Source: an uncultured Hyphomicrobiales bacterium (lineage in GTDB: Bacteria > Pseudomonadota > Alphaproteobacteria > Rhizobiales > JAJFHR01). Taken from it: DNA of 42,601 nt. Under the pieces are notes generated by a model. That model did no database searches. It saw only the letters and a list, made by a program, of their open reading frames with translations, and was not told the origin of the DNA. Every line of letters starts with the position of its first letter. Positions within the stretch are counted from its first letter, which is position 1. Where the stretch lies: contig CAZVAZ010000003.1 of the NCBI GenBank assembly GCA_964625235.1, positions 1 to 42,601 of the forward strand. The letters run 5' to 3'. Position numbers and translations under genes: made by a program. Positions 8,432 through 17,329 of the stretch are shown here, one piece after another.

Positions 8432-10528
8432 ATGGCTGACAAATCAATAAAACGTGCCGTAATCATGTTGGATCAATTCACCGGGGAGTTGCGCAAAGAC
8501 GATGGCACCCTGATGGGCATCGACCTTTGGCCCGAGGTGGAAACGAGTATTGATGCACTCACGCGCGAAGGGGTCGAGGCAATTCTGGCCATTCCTTCTG
8601 CGGATTCAACGGAAGAAATACAAGACTTGTCCGATTGGGTGCCCGGGTTGAAAATTATCGCCATCACGCGGGAATTTTCCTATGCCAAAAACGAAGATTT
8701 TGCATCCGGTGCACGGTTGCAGACGGGAGATGCGCAAACCGCATTTGTGTCGAGTGATCGCCGTATGCGAGGAGATGCGGCACGCGCAGGCTTCAAACCC
8801 GCCCCCCACATCAGCCTGCTGCCGATGATGATGAAGGGTAAACGCATTGAGGCGGTACGCCTGACTGGACTGCGTGATACATTATGGAAGTATGGACAAT
8901 CCGACGAAGTAGTACCGATGCATTTTCAACCAACGCCGGAAGGAACGAATTGGGCTTTGATAGCGCTGGTCTCACCCGAAGCGCAAGCCAGAGCGGTAAT
9001 GTTGAAGTTTTCAATACAATCCCTGCCATATGATCCTATGATGGAGGATCTGCTGTGGGCGCGTATCGATTTAGACAGCAAAGAAACCCGAAAGGAGCTG
9101 ACAAAACGCAAAATACTGCACGCAGAGCCGGGACAGGTTCTACTGGCGCTAAAGCCGCAGGAAAATGCCCAGGCTCTCGATATTCACGGTGGCCATGGAC
9201 ATTTTGAACTGCTGATACCGGACCCCAACCTGCTGCGTGCAGCGCCGATTACCTCCGCAAGCCGCGGCCCGTTGGAAATTGACAAACTGCCGGAAGGGAT
9301 ACTCGAAAAGGTCAAAATCGACCCGCTGGTCAGAGACATTTTGATCCTGACAAAACCTTCTTGCGCCGCCGTAACTGCGTGCTACGAGGATGATCTGGAT
9401 CGCTATACCGGCGTGACAGACCTCGATTCGTCTGGCCCAATCATCTCACGCCACTCCGCACATCCCGATAATAAACGGGTGGAGACCGCGTTACTGAGCG
9501 ACCTGAGGGCTATGGGCTATTGCCCCTATCGGCACAACTTCATCCATGCGGGCGCAACACATTCTAACATTATCGCAGATCTGCCGGGGAACGGTGTGTT
9601 TCGCATAAAGGCCGAAATACTTGCCAAATATCGTAGAATTTTGCGCAAAAGGCCGTTTTCCAACCCGCTATCGAACTGGCAAAGTGAAATGGACGAGCTT
9701 GCGAACATGGAGTGGTTCCAAAGTGATGCACTGATAAAAATGCCAGAGCTGGAAATTCGCCGCCGAATCGAGAAAATCTTTCGCCTGCAACCGTGGTATC
9801 CGTGGTGGAAGAAACTCTGCCTTCTTTATGGCTACGGTGCCGACATTATTGTCGTCGGCTGCCACTTGGATTCCACAGCAGGATTTGAGCCGGTCTATTC
9901 TGCATCTACAGACGCAGCACCAGGACGCGATGATAACGGCTCCGGCCTTGCTGCCATATTATCGATGGCACGGTATTTTCGCAGCCTGAAAGGCAAACTG
10001 ACCCATACTGTTCGCTTCTGCTTTTTTAATGCCGAGGAATCGGGATTGATCGGCTCAAAAGCCTATGCTGGAAAGATGAAGTCGCTGAGGGCACCGATCC
10101 GTGCCGTTATCTGCGCCGACATGATGGGGTATAATTCGGATACCAATCGTATATTCGAAGTCCATGCAGGTTATACTGATCCGGCTATCCGCGACCTCAG
10201 CGTGCCTGTTGCCAACGAAATCGCGAGCTCAGCTGCGGCTTATGGACAACTGGCACCGGCACAGATTTATAAGGGAACCAGTTGGAGTGGCGCGCCTGAT
10301 CGTGATATTTATGATGGCGGCATCAATCGCTCGGACCATGCAGCGTTCCATCAACAGGGCTACAGTGCGGTTCTGGTCAGTGAGGATTTCTTTGCCAACC
10401 TGGCGTCTGAGCCGGGTGCGGACCCCAATCCAGATTACCACCTTCAGTCAGATTATTTTGTTGATCTGGATTATGCCAAAGACATTACCTGCGCGATTAA
10501 CAAAGCGGTGATCAATTTAGCGATTTGA
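8432..10528 (+). CDS. M28 family metallopeptidase with a long N-terminal extension (possibly degenerate HAD-like)
   Basis: VGCHLDS, PGRDDNGSG, FFNAEESGLIGS, DMMGY, RSDHAAF and PDYH are the M28 zinc and catalytic motifs. No signal peptide. TTG 8426 is an alternative start. Confidence 0.85.
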   Translation: MADKSIKRAVIMLDQFTGELRKDDGTLMGIDLWPEVETSIDALTREGVEAILAIPSADSTEEIQDLSDWVPGLKIIAITREFSYAKNEDFASGARLQTGDAQTAFVSSDRRMRGDAARAGFKPAPHISLLPMMMKGKRIEAVRLTGLRDTLWKYGQSDEVVPMHFQPTPEGTNWALIALVSPEAQARAVMLKFSIQSLPYDPMMEDLLWARIDLDSKETRKELTKRKILHAEPGQVLLALKPQENAQALDIHGGHGHFELLIPDPNLLRAAPITSASRGPLEIDKLPEGILEKVKIDPLVRDILILTKPSCAAVTACYEDDLDRYTGVTDLDSSGPIISRHSAHPDNKRVETALLSDLRAMGYCPYRHNFIHAGATHSNIIADLPGNGVFRIKAEILAKYRRILRKRPFSNPLSNWQSEMDELANMEWFQSDALIKMPELEIRRRIEKIFRLQPWYPWWKKLCLLYGYGADIIVVGCHLDSTAGFEPVYSASTDAAPGRDDNGSGLAAILSMARYFRSLKGKLTHTVRFCFFNAEESGLIGSKAYAGKMKSLRAPIRAVICADMMGYNSDTNRIFEVHAGYTDPAIRDLSVPVANEIASSAAAYGQLAPAQIYKGTSWSGAPDRDIYDGGINRSDHAAFHQQGYSAVLVSEDFFANLASEPGADPNPDYHLQSDYFVDLDYAKDITCAINKAVINLAI

Positions 10529-10745
10529 GGGCGATGTCGATATCTTGAAAAGGCGGATAATTGCCAACGGCATATGGGGTACTACGCCCGTGGTCGTTCA
10601 AATTGTAACGTTCAACATTTTAATTCGTTAAATTATTGAGTATAGTTTCTATATTGAATAAATTCATGCGTATGCACTCAATAATACTGGAGTTTTTTAA
10701 TTTCGATAACGATAGAGGAAAACCGCTGGCACGTTTGGAGGTGTG

Positions 10746-11435
10746 ATGGAGCAACGTAGTACAAATCTACTATACACCGTAAGTTTTTTTTCAGAAATGG
10801 GTGATCAGGAGATCAATCAGATTGGTGATTTATGCGATTGGCAACGATTTTCCAAAGGCAAAGAAATCATCGGCCAAACAGAAAAATCTACGGATATATT
10901 TTTTGTTATTGAAGGCCATGTAGCAGCAAAAAACTATTCACCTGATGGAAAAGAAGTAAACTATACGAAAATTGGACCCGGGGAAATGTTTGGTGAGTTT
11001 TCTGCCATTGACGGGCAATCCAGGTCAACGTCGATTGAAACTCTTGAAGAGAGTTTTATCGCGAGGATGAATTCAGCATTATTTCGCGAACTGATCGTTT
11101 CCCATCCTTCTTTGGGATTGAAACTGGCTGACCACCTGGTTCAGAAAAACCGCTACCTAACTCAGCGCGTTTTTGAATTCAGCACTCTTGCGGTCCGGTA
11201 TCGGGTTTGTGCAGAGCTGATCCGGATGATCGACACTTCGCAGACAGACGGTATTACCTGTTCTATCGAGCCAGCACCATCGCATTATCAAATTGCAACC
11301 AGAATAAGCACTCATCGTGAGGCCGTCAGTAGAGAGCTGGAAAGACTTTCTTCATCCGGCATACTTGAAATAGGCAGACAGAAAATCAAAATCCTGAATA
11401 TTCCGAAGCTCAAAAGCCTGATAGAAACTTTCTGA
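10746..11435 (+). CDS. Crp/Fnr family transcriptional regulator
   Basis: GPGEMFGEFSAIDGQSRSTS cNMP pocket; C-terminal HTH SHYQIATRISTHREAVSREL; GGAGGT RBS. Confidence 0.92.
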   Translation: MEQRSTNLLYTVSFFSEMGDQEINQIGDLCDWQRFSKGKEIIGQTEKSTDIFFVIEGHVAAKNYSPDGKEVNYTKIGPGEMFGEFSAIDGQSRSTSIETLEESFIARMNSALFRELIVSHPSLGLKLADHLVQKNRYLTQRVFEFSTLAVRYRVCAELIRMIDTSQTDGITCSIEPAPSHYQIATRISTHREAVSRELERLSSSGILEIGRQKIKILNIPKLKSLIETF

Positions 11436-11549
11436 TATCAGCACTTCGTGCCCATGCATTCCACGATCTACAACATCGCAGCCTATTATACTCTTTCGGC
11501 ACCGAAGGATATGTTCTAGTCTATATCATTATTCAAAGAGGAGTGTCTT

Positions 11550-12185
11550 GTGGCCAGCAAAGATTCACAGCAATATTGCATGCGCCCAATGAGCCCTGAA
11601 GACCTTGACGTTGTTTCATTGTGGTTTGAGCACTTAGCTGATCTTTCTTTATTCGACCGTAATTCTCCGGTACCAATTAACAAGACCATCATTGAGCGAA
11701 GCTGGAAGGAGGTTTTGACAGCTGCTGAACCTCGCCGTGGTTATTGGTTCACAATTGACAATGCTGCTGGTGATGTTTTGGGAATTGTCGGAATTGAAAG
11801 CATAAATTATGTAAACGGCGATGGCGTTCTTGCCGTTTATTTATCGGAACAGATACGAAGGAAGGGGTTGGGTATTCGCGCAAGTTGCTTACTTCTTGAT
11901 CTCGCATTTGAACAGCTGCGCTTGAACCGGGTTACATCATATTTTCGCGCTGACAATGAAGCCTCGCAAAAGCTAACCGCGATGGTCGGCTTTTCTCAAG
12001 AAGGAGTAATCCGCCAGGGGTGGTTTGCAAGTGGAAAGAGCTTTGATGTTCATATGGTTGGTATTTTGAAACGAGAGTGGTCGAAAACCCGCAAGAAATT
12101 GGAAAAGCAGCTGGATGCGTCAATCCAGTTGAAATTTGGCCGGTCGCCATCGGGGGCCAGAGTATGGCCAGAACAATCGGCCTGA
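11550..12185 (+). CDS. RimJ/RimL-type GNAT acetyltransferase
   Basis: RRKGLG acetyl-CoA motif, LAFEQLRLNRV, NEASQKL...GFSQEGVIRQ, DVHMVGILKREW. Confidence 0.88.
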   Translation: MASKDSQQYCMRPMSPEDLDVVSLWFEHLADLSLFDRNSPVPINKTIIERSWKEVLTAAEPRRGYWFTIDNAAGDVLGIVGIESINYVNGDGVLAVYLSEQIRRKGLGIRASCLLLDLAFEQLRLNRVTSYFRADNEASQKLTAMVGFSQEGVIRQGWFASGKSFDVHMVGILKREWSKTRKKLEKQLDASIQLKFGRSPSGARVWPEQSA

Positions 12186-12269
12186 GAGTTTAGGAGCTGG
12201 GGGTTATATCGCAGTGTTTGGTAGTGTCGCAAATCACTTGTATTGTGTGGCGTTGGAAAGTTTTGCGTC

Positions 12270-14033
12270 ATGAATGATAGCAAAAACAGGCCCCCTAGCC
12301 GCAGTTTGCAGGCAACGCTGTTTGCCGACATTGTCGGCTATAGCCAACTTATGGGTGAAGATGAAGTCGCAACCCAGAGAATTGTCAAAACCTACGTCGG
12401 TCTATTTGAGAATTATTGCCGCAAACATGAGGGTAAAATCGAACAGGTCCGCGCTGATGGCATATTCGCGATGTTTAACAGCGCAGTGAATGCAGTTAAC
12501 TGTGCAATGGATACACAACAAGCCATGGCCGAACTCAACGAAACTGCCGAGCGACCGGTCCAGTTCCGTGTTGGTATCAATCTTGGCGAAGTGCTCCGTG
12601 ATGACACGGGCGCTTATGGCGAAAGCCTGAATGTTGCCGCAAGGCTTGAGAGCATAGCCGAACCCAGTACTGTCTATGTTAGTGGAGCGGTCTATCAGCA
12701 GGTAAAGAACAGAATAAATTTTGGCTATGAATGTCTGGGCAGCCAGAAGTTAAAAAATATCAATGACCCTGTAGAAGTGTTTTGTGTCCATCGGGAAATC
12801 GAAGGTGTGACGATGGCCGCGAGCCCGCGCATCATGACCCGTCAACAACAAGCAGCGATACCTTCCAAACCGTCTGTTGTCGTGCTGCCGTTCATGGACC
12901 AGGGCGGAGACCCTTCTGAAAGCTGGTTCGTTGATGGCATCACAGAAGATATCACTTCCAATTTGTCGAAATTTCAAAACCTTTTCGTCATCGCCAGAAA
13001 TTCAGCGTTCCTCTACAAGGACCGCAACATCCGGCCGCAGCAGGTCGCCCGGGAGCTTGGTGTGCGCTATGTAGCGCAAGGCACCGTCCGGAGATCGGGC
13101 AATAGAGCACGGATTTCCGTGGAACTCGTTGATGCGGAAACCGAACGTACGATCTGGGGTGAGCGCTATGATCGTAATCTTGATGATATTTTTGACGTCC
13201 AGGATGAAATCGCCAATACGGTTGTCGCAGCAACCGCTGTTCAGATCGAGACGTCGGAAGCGGGGCGTTCAAATCTGCTGCCACCTGCAGACATGGCTGC
13301 TTATGACCTGGTGCTTCAAGGTCAGCAATATGTTTTCAAATACCGCCGTTCAGACAATCATGAGGCACGAAGATTATATCAGGCAGCCTTTGATGTGGAT
13401 TCCCGCTATGCCAGAGCTAATGCGGCGATCTCGCGAACCTTGAATATTGATTGGCGTTATGCATGGACTGAGTCCCGGGAATCAGCCCTTGATCAGGCGC
13501 TGGAGTTCGCTCAAAATGCCATTGCTTTCGATGCAACCGATGCGCGCGGGTTTGGTGAGCTGGGGTTTGCGCATCTCTATCGCAAAGAACATGACGCCGC
13601 CCTTGATGCCTATGGGCGGGCTTTGCGGCTCAATCCCAATGATGCAGATCTGATGTCGGATATGGCTGATGCCCTGTGCCATTGCGGGCGCTCAGACGAG
13701 GGCGTAACGCTGCTCGAAAAAGCCATGCTGCTCAATCCGTTTTATCCCGACCAGTATCTATGGCATCTGGGTGGCGCTTATTTTAATCTGACGCGATACG
13801 AAGATGCAGTTGTGGTGTTGCAAACAATGCACAATCCGGCAGAGGGCCGGCGTTTGCTTGCGGCGTGTTGCGGACATCTGGGGCGTATAGATGAAGCCAA
13901 GAATCATGCAGCAAAAGTACTTGAAGCACATCCGGACTTCTCGCTGACGTCGTGGGCAAACGTCCAGCCTGATAAATTTCAGGACGATGTTGAACACTTC
14001 ATTGAAGGGTTGCAAAAAGCGGGCCTTCAATGA
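12270..14033 (+). CDS. Class III nucleotidyl (adenylate/guanylate) cyclase with TolB-N-like and TPR domains
   Basis: LFADIVGYS, ADG, FRVGINLGEV, NVAARLE; PSVVVLPF...DGITEDI...FVIARNS; TPR-like C-terminus. Start placed at ATG 12270. Confidence 0.92.
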   Translation: MNDSKNRPPSRSLQATLFADIVGYSQLMGEDEVATQRIVKTYVGLFENYCRKHEGKIEQVRADGIFAMFNSAVNAVNCAMDTQQAMAELNETAERPVQFRVGINLGEVLRDDTGAYGESLNVAARLESIAEPSTVYVSGAVYQQVKNRINFGYECLGSQKLKNINDPVEVFCVHREIEGVTMAASPRIMTRQQQAAIPSKPSVVVLPFMDQGGDPSESWFVDGITEDITSNLSKFQNLFVIARNSAFLYKDRNIRPQQVARELGVRYVAQGTVRRSGNRARISVELVDAETERTIWGERYDRNLDDIFDVQDEIANTVVAATAVQIETSEAGRSNLLPPADMAAYDLVLQGQQYVFKYRRSDNHEARRLYQAAFDVDSRYARANAAISRTLNIDWRYAWTESRESALDQALEFAQNAIAFDATDARGFGELGFAHLYRKEHDAALDAYGRALRLNPNDADLMSDMADALCHCGRSDEGVTLLEKAMLLNPFYPDQYLWHLGGAYFNLTRYEDAVVVLQTMHNPAEGRRLLAACCGHLGRIDEAKNHAAKVLEAHPDFSLTSWANVQPDKFQDDVEHFIEGLQKAGLQ

Positions 14034-14047
14034 CGAGGGATAAATGC

Positions 14048-14584
14048 TTAATCCTTGTTGCCGCCGCTAAGTCTCGCACCTGATACACGAGCACCAGACA
14101 CTCTGGCACCTGAAACTCTGGCACCTGATACCCGCGCGCCCGAAACCCTGGCGCCGCTGACGGCAACACCACCACCGCCGTCGCCTTCGGGATCAAGCAG
14201 AAGCTGGCTCAACGGTCCGCTGGACATATCCAGGCGAATTGAAAAGTCTGCCTGATCGTAATTCCAGGTTCTTAGATCACTGGAAAAATTAAAATCCTGC
14301 GCCGCCATAGCGGTGCTCGCAGCGGTTTTGTTGTCCAGTTTCTTGCCCGCTCCATGCACCAGAAGAATTGTCGGCACTTCCAGTTCACAATATTTACCCG
14401 CATAGCTGTAACCATATATCCGAGCAAAGCCGGCGTTGGCGCCGTTGTTAAGCTGGTCTGCGAGAAAGTGATTGTTGCCGGATGCTTTTGCCGGATCGTT
14501 TGCGCTGTTTTTTTGAATTTTCAGATCATCAATTTGAAAGCCGATGAGAACGATTTTCGACGCACTAAGTAAAGTTTCACCCAT
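14048..14584 (-). CDS. 178-aa protein with C-terminal (VSGAR)x6 repeat; candidate YcaO/TfuA substrate or precursor
   Basis: GGAGG RBS before ATG 14584. Globular-looking N-terminus, DPEGDGGGG linker, then repeats. Last gene of the ycaO-tfuA-peptidase run. The substrate role is inferred. Confidence 0.75.
   Translation of the reverse strand: MGETLLSASKIVLIGFQIDDLKIQKNSANDPAKASGNNHFLADQLNNGANAGFARIYGYSYAGKYCELEVPTILLVHGAGKKLDNKTAASTAMAAQDFNFSSDLRTWNYDQADFSIRLDMSSGPLSQLLLDPEGDGGGGVAVSGARVSGARVSGARVSGARVSGARVSGARLSGGNKD
14072..14161 (-). repeat. 15-bp-period coding repeat, 6 x VSGAR followed by LSGG
   Basis: Codons GTC AGC GGC GCC AGG / GTT TCG GGC GCG CGG / GTA TCA GGT GCC AGA / GTT TCA GGT GCC AGA / GTG TCT GGT GCT CGT / GTA TCA GGT GCG AGA; all differences are synonymous. 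Confidence 0.97.
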
Positions 14585-14749
14585 TTTTTCCTCCAGAATT
14601 TCACCCACCCCCATGGCCGGAATCAGTGCGAGCTTTATTAGATAATTATACTATCACAACATTAACTGACCTCATGCAAGTATCTTCTACCCAGGAAGAT
14701 GCGGTGGCATGGTGCAATCCAGGAACAGATGACTGTTCCCGGGCGTGTT

Positions 14750-15985
14750 TTAATTGCCCAAGCCCGGTTTTATCAGGCCAATTTCACGTTTGCGAAAATT
14801 ATTCGAAATAATATGGTTGAAACGCCCGCCAGTAATGAGCCTGTCGACATCCTGCAGTGCGAGGTTGACCCCCTGATAGGTAAGGGTTCTGGCATCGAGT
14901 AATCTCCATGTATCTGCCAGATAGGTGCCAAGAAAATCACGCGCCAGCAACAAAGCTTCCTTGAAACCCTGTGGATCACGTTGATAAAAGCCGTCAAATT
15001 TCTCCTGCATAATTATGCCATAGCTGCTATCGCCTTCAAGCTTGTCAGAAAGGTCTTCCATTTCACGCGAAACCAGTCCGCCGTCCAGCAGATGTTCGTG
15101 AAATATGTCCACAAGAATATCAAATACGGCGCCGGTCAGCGGTTGAGACAGCTTGTGTTCATCGTCCCAGTTGCCGATGAAATCTGATAATACTGTGTCG
15201 TTGGCAGCCAGCCTGATTTGTCCGCGCTCCGAGTTTTCAGCGAAGCGGCTGAGCCGGTTCAACGTGTATAGATTTCCACGGGTGTTTTCCAGCACTGCAT
15301 TGACGACAGAATCGAAATGTAACGATGTCAGTAGTGCAACGAGATCGCCGGCAGAATCGTGAAATCCGTAATATTCCGGATTGTTTTCGTCCTGTGCGGG
15401 CATGCCAACCTCGCTGTAGATAATTCCGTGCCCGATTTCGTGCGCGATAACGTCAAAATTCAGGAAGAAGGCACTATAATTTTCATCCACCTTAATGCCG
15501 CCGGTTTCAAGGAAACCCCAACCCATGAAGGCATTGTCCACCGTGGGTAAAATAGAAAGCTCAAGCCGATCATAATCGCCTCTGAAATGCCAGTCTATCT
15601 GGCTGTCGAAATAGCGCTCCCAGACGTCGAGTGTAAACCGGGCACACCCAAACAGATGGGCGGCTTCAAATTCACGGGTGCCCGGTTGGAGATGGTCAAA
15701 ATGCCCGTCGGGGCCGGGAAGAGCTGGCGGATGAACGTCGGCGTGCCACGGAGGCAGGAACATAAACGGCTGTCCGTTTTCATTTTCATGCGCGCCGTAA
15801 TGCAGCTGTTTGTCAACCGGATAGACTGTGTACATGCGATTGTCCGACGGGCCCGGCTTGAGCGACCCCGCTGGCGATGACACATAGACTGTTTCCGGTT
15901 CCAGAGCTGTACCCATATCGGGAGATTGCGGATAAAGGCGGAACCGGGTACCATCTGATTCTTCTTGTCCCACCTGTATCACCAT
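14750..15985 (-). CDS. M4/M36-like HExxH zinc metallopeptidase (no signal peptide)
   Basis: DNAFM, FDVIAHEIGHGII, GFHDSAGDL; starts 6 nt after the tfuA stop. Confidence 0.75.
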   Translation of the reverse strand: MVIQVGQEESDGTRFRLYPQSPDMGTALEPETVYVSSPAGSLKPGPSDNRMYTVYPVDKQLHYGAHENENGQPFMFLPPWHADVHPPALPGPDGHFDHLQPGTREFEAAHLFGCARFTLDVWERYFDSQIDWHFRGDYDRLELSILPTVDNAFMGWGFLETGGIKVDENYSAFFLNFDVIAHEIGHGIIYSEVGMPAQDENNPEYYGFHDSAGDLVALLTSLHFDSVVNAVLENTRGNLYTLNRLSRFAENSERGQIRLAANDTVLSDFIGNWDDEHKLSQPLTGAVFDILVDIFHEHLLDGGLVSREMEDLSDKLEGDSSYGIIMQEKFDGFYQRDPQGFKEALLLARDFLGTYLADTWRLLDARTLTYQGVNLALQDVDRLITGGRFNHIISNNFRKREIGLIKPGLGN

Positions 15986-15991
15986 CTTTTT

Positions 15992-17329
15992 TCAATTGTC
16001 TGCAACACATTGCACGTAAAGGTATTCGCGAACAAGCATTTGGTAAAATTCTTCTCGGCTTTCCAGGCCGATATCACTGATATGGGTGTCGATTTCCGCC
16101 GGCATTTCCTGGCCCATCCTATGGCAAAAATACCAGTTTAACAATGCTATTTGCGGCACCCCTATGTCTTCGGGGCGCAGATTTGAGCGCCCGGATTTTT
16201 TAAGCATTCTATCCTTGGACCCTGCACGTTGTGAGAGGCTGGAATAATCACCATTCAGTTTCAGAATTTTGAGCACACTGTGTGTAAAGGAGCGAGGTCT
16301 GGTATCAAGAATACTCCTGATCCGGATTTCTTCGTCCAGCAGATCTTCCAGTTCCCGGGCACTGAGGTCGTTTTGTTGCAACCATCGATCCAGGTCTTCG
16401 CGCTTAAGCAGATTTTGTTGTCGCCGGAATGTATTGACCTTGCTGGCGTGGACGTGACTTTCGATGGAAAGATGTTGGCGCACTGAATCCTGAACAGCGA
16501 ACTCACGTAAAAGCGCTGCATCGCGCGCTGCATTGAAGTTGTCCGGCTGCAGTCTCAATTCATCCAGAATAAACCGGGTGTTAATGCCGGTATGGGGGGT
16601 GCCGTGCCATTGCGAAACAGCGCGGTCCCACAGGTTGGTCCACTCAAAGTCGAACAATGCTGTGTGTGGTTCTCTGTCGGTTTTAACTGTCTCGCGCATC
16701 GCTTCCAGCATCGCCACTGCGTCGATATGCTTTTGATCAACACGGCTGTTCTGCAGCCAGGTTTCAAACTTCTGCGCGTTTGGGGCGTCTAGTACATGCG
16801 CGCCTGCAAATGCGATCAGCGCCTCCCATGTCCGTTCACTGTAGAGGCGTGATTTTGCGAATTCACATAACGCCTGCCTGTCAATTTCTGTCAGGATGTT
16901 TTCGCCGACAGCAAATTCCAGCGTGGCACGAATATTTACCATCGGTTCACACAGCGGTATAAAACCTAATTCAGCCGGCCCGTGAATGATGGCAACTTCG
17001 TCATCATCCTCCAGTTTTCCGCATCTGTAATCCTCGTAGATTCTACCCACACCTTTCATGCCGAATTCGGCAAGTTCTGCAGCCCGCAAAGCGCCGATAC
17101 TTGACGCCCCGAAGACGTGTACGCCTTGTGCCAGTGCCCACAGAATTTCCTTGTGCCAGATTGCCGCAACACCATTAAAGTAGCCATCGATGATGCCGAT
17201 GCACTGCGGTTCCAGGGCCATCGCGCGGTAGACGTCACCTTGAGCTGCAGGTGGCAGACAAACAGCATCAATAATCGAAAGTACGTCAGCTTCGGGTATG
17301 GTCGGGCCTATGAAGATCACAACTGTCAT
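15992..17329 (-). CDS. tfuA: TfuA-like protein with a C-terminal extension of about 220 aa
   Basis: VIFIGPT, LPPAAQGD, IGIIDGYF, IWHKEILWAL, GASSIGALRAAEL, GMKGVG, DDDEVAIIHGP, MVNIRATL; overlaps the ycaO stop (ATGA). Confidence 0.93.
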   Translation of the reverse strand: MTVVIFIGPTIPEADVLSIIDAVCLPPAAQGDVYRAMALEPQCIGIIDGYFNGVAAIWHKEILWALAQGVHVFGASSIGALRAAELAEFGMKGVGRIYEDYRCGKLEDDDEVAIIHGPAELGFIPLCEPMVNIRATLEFAVGENILTEIDRQALCEFAKSRLYSERTWEALIAFAGAHVLDAPNAQKFETWLQNSRVDQKHIDAVAMLEAMRETVKTDREPHTALFDFEWTNLWDRAVSQWHGTPHTGINTRFILDELRLQPDNFNAARDAALLREFAVQDSVRQHLSIESHVHASKVNTFRRQQNLLKREDLDRWLQQNDLSARELEDLLDEEIRIRSILDTRPRSFTHSVLKILKLNGDYSSLSQRAGSKDRMLKKSGRSNLRPEDIGVPQIALLNWYFCHRMGQEMPAEIDTHISDIGLESREEFYQMLVREYLYVQCVADN

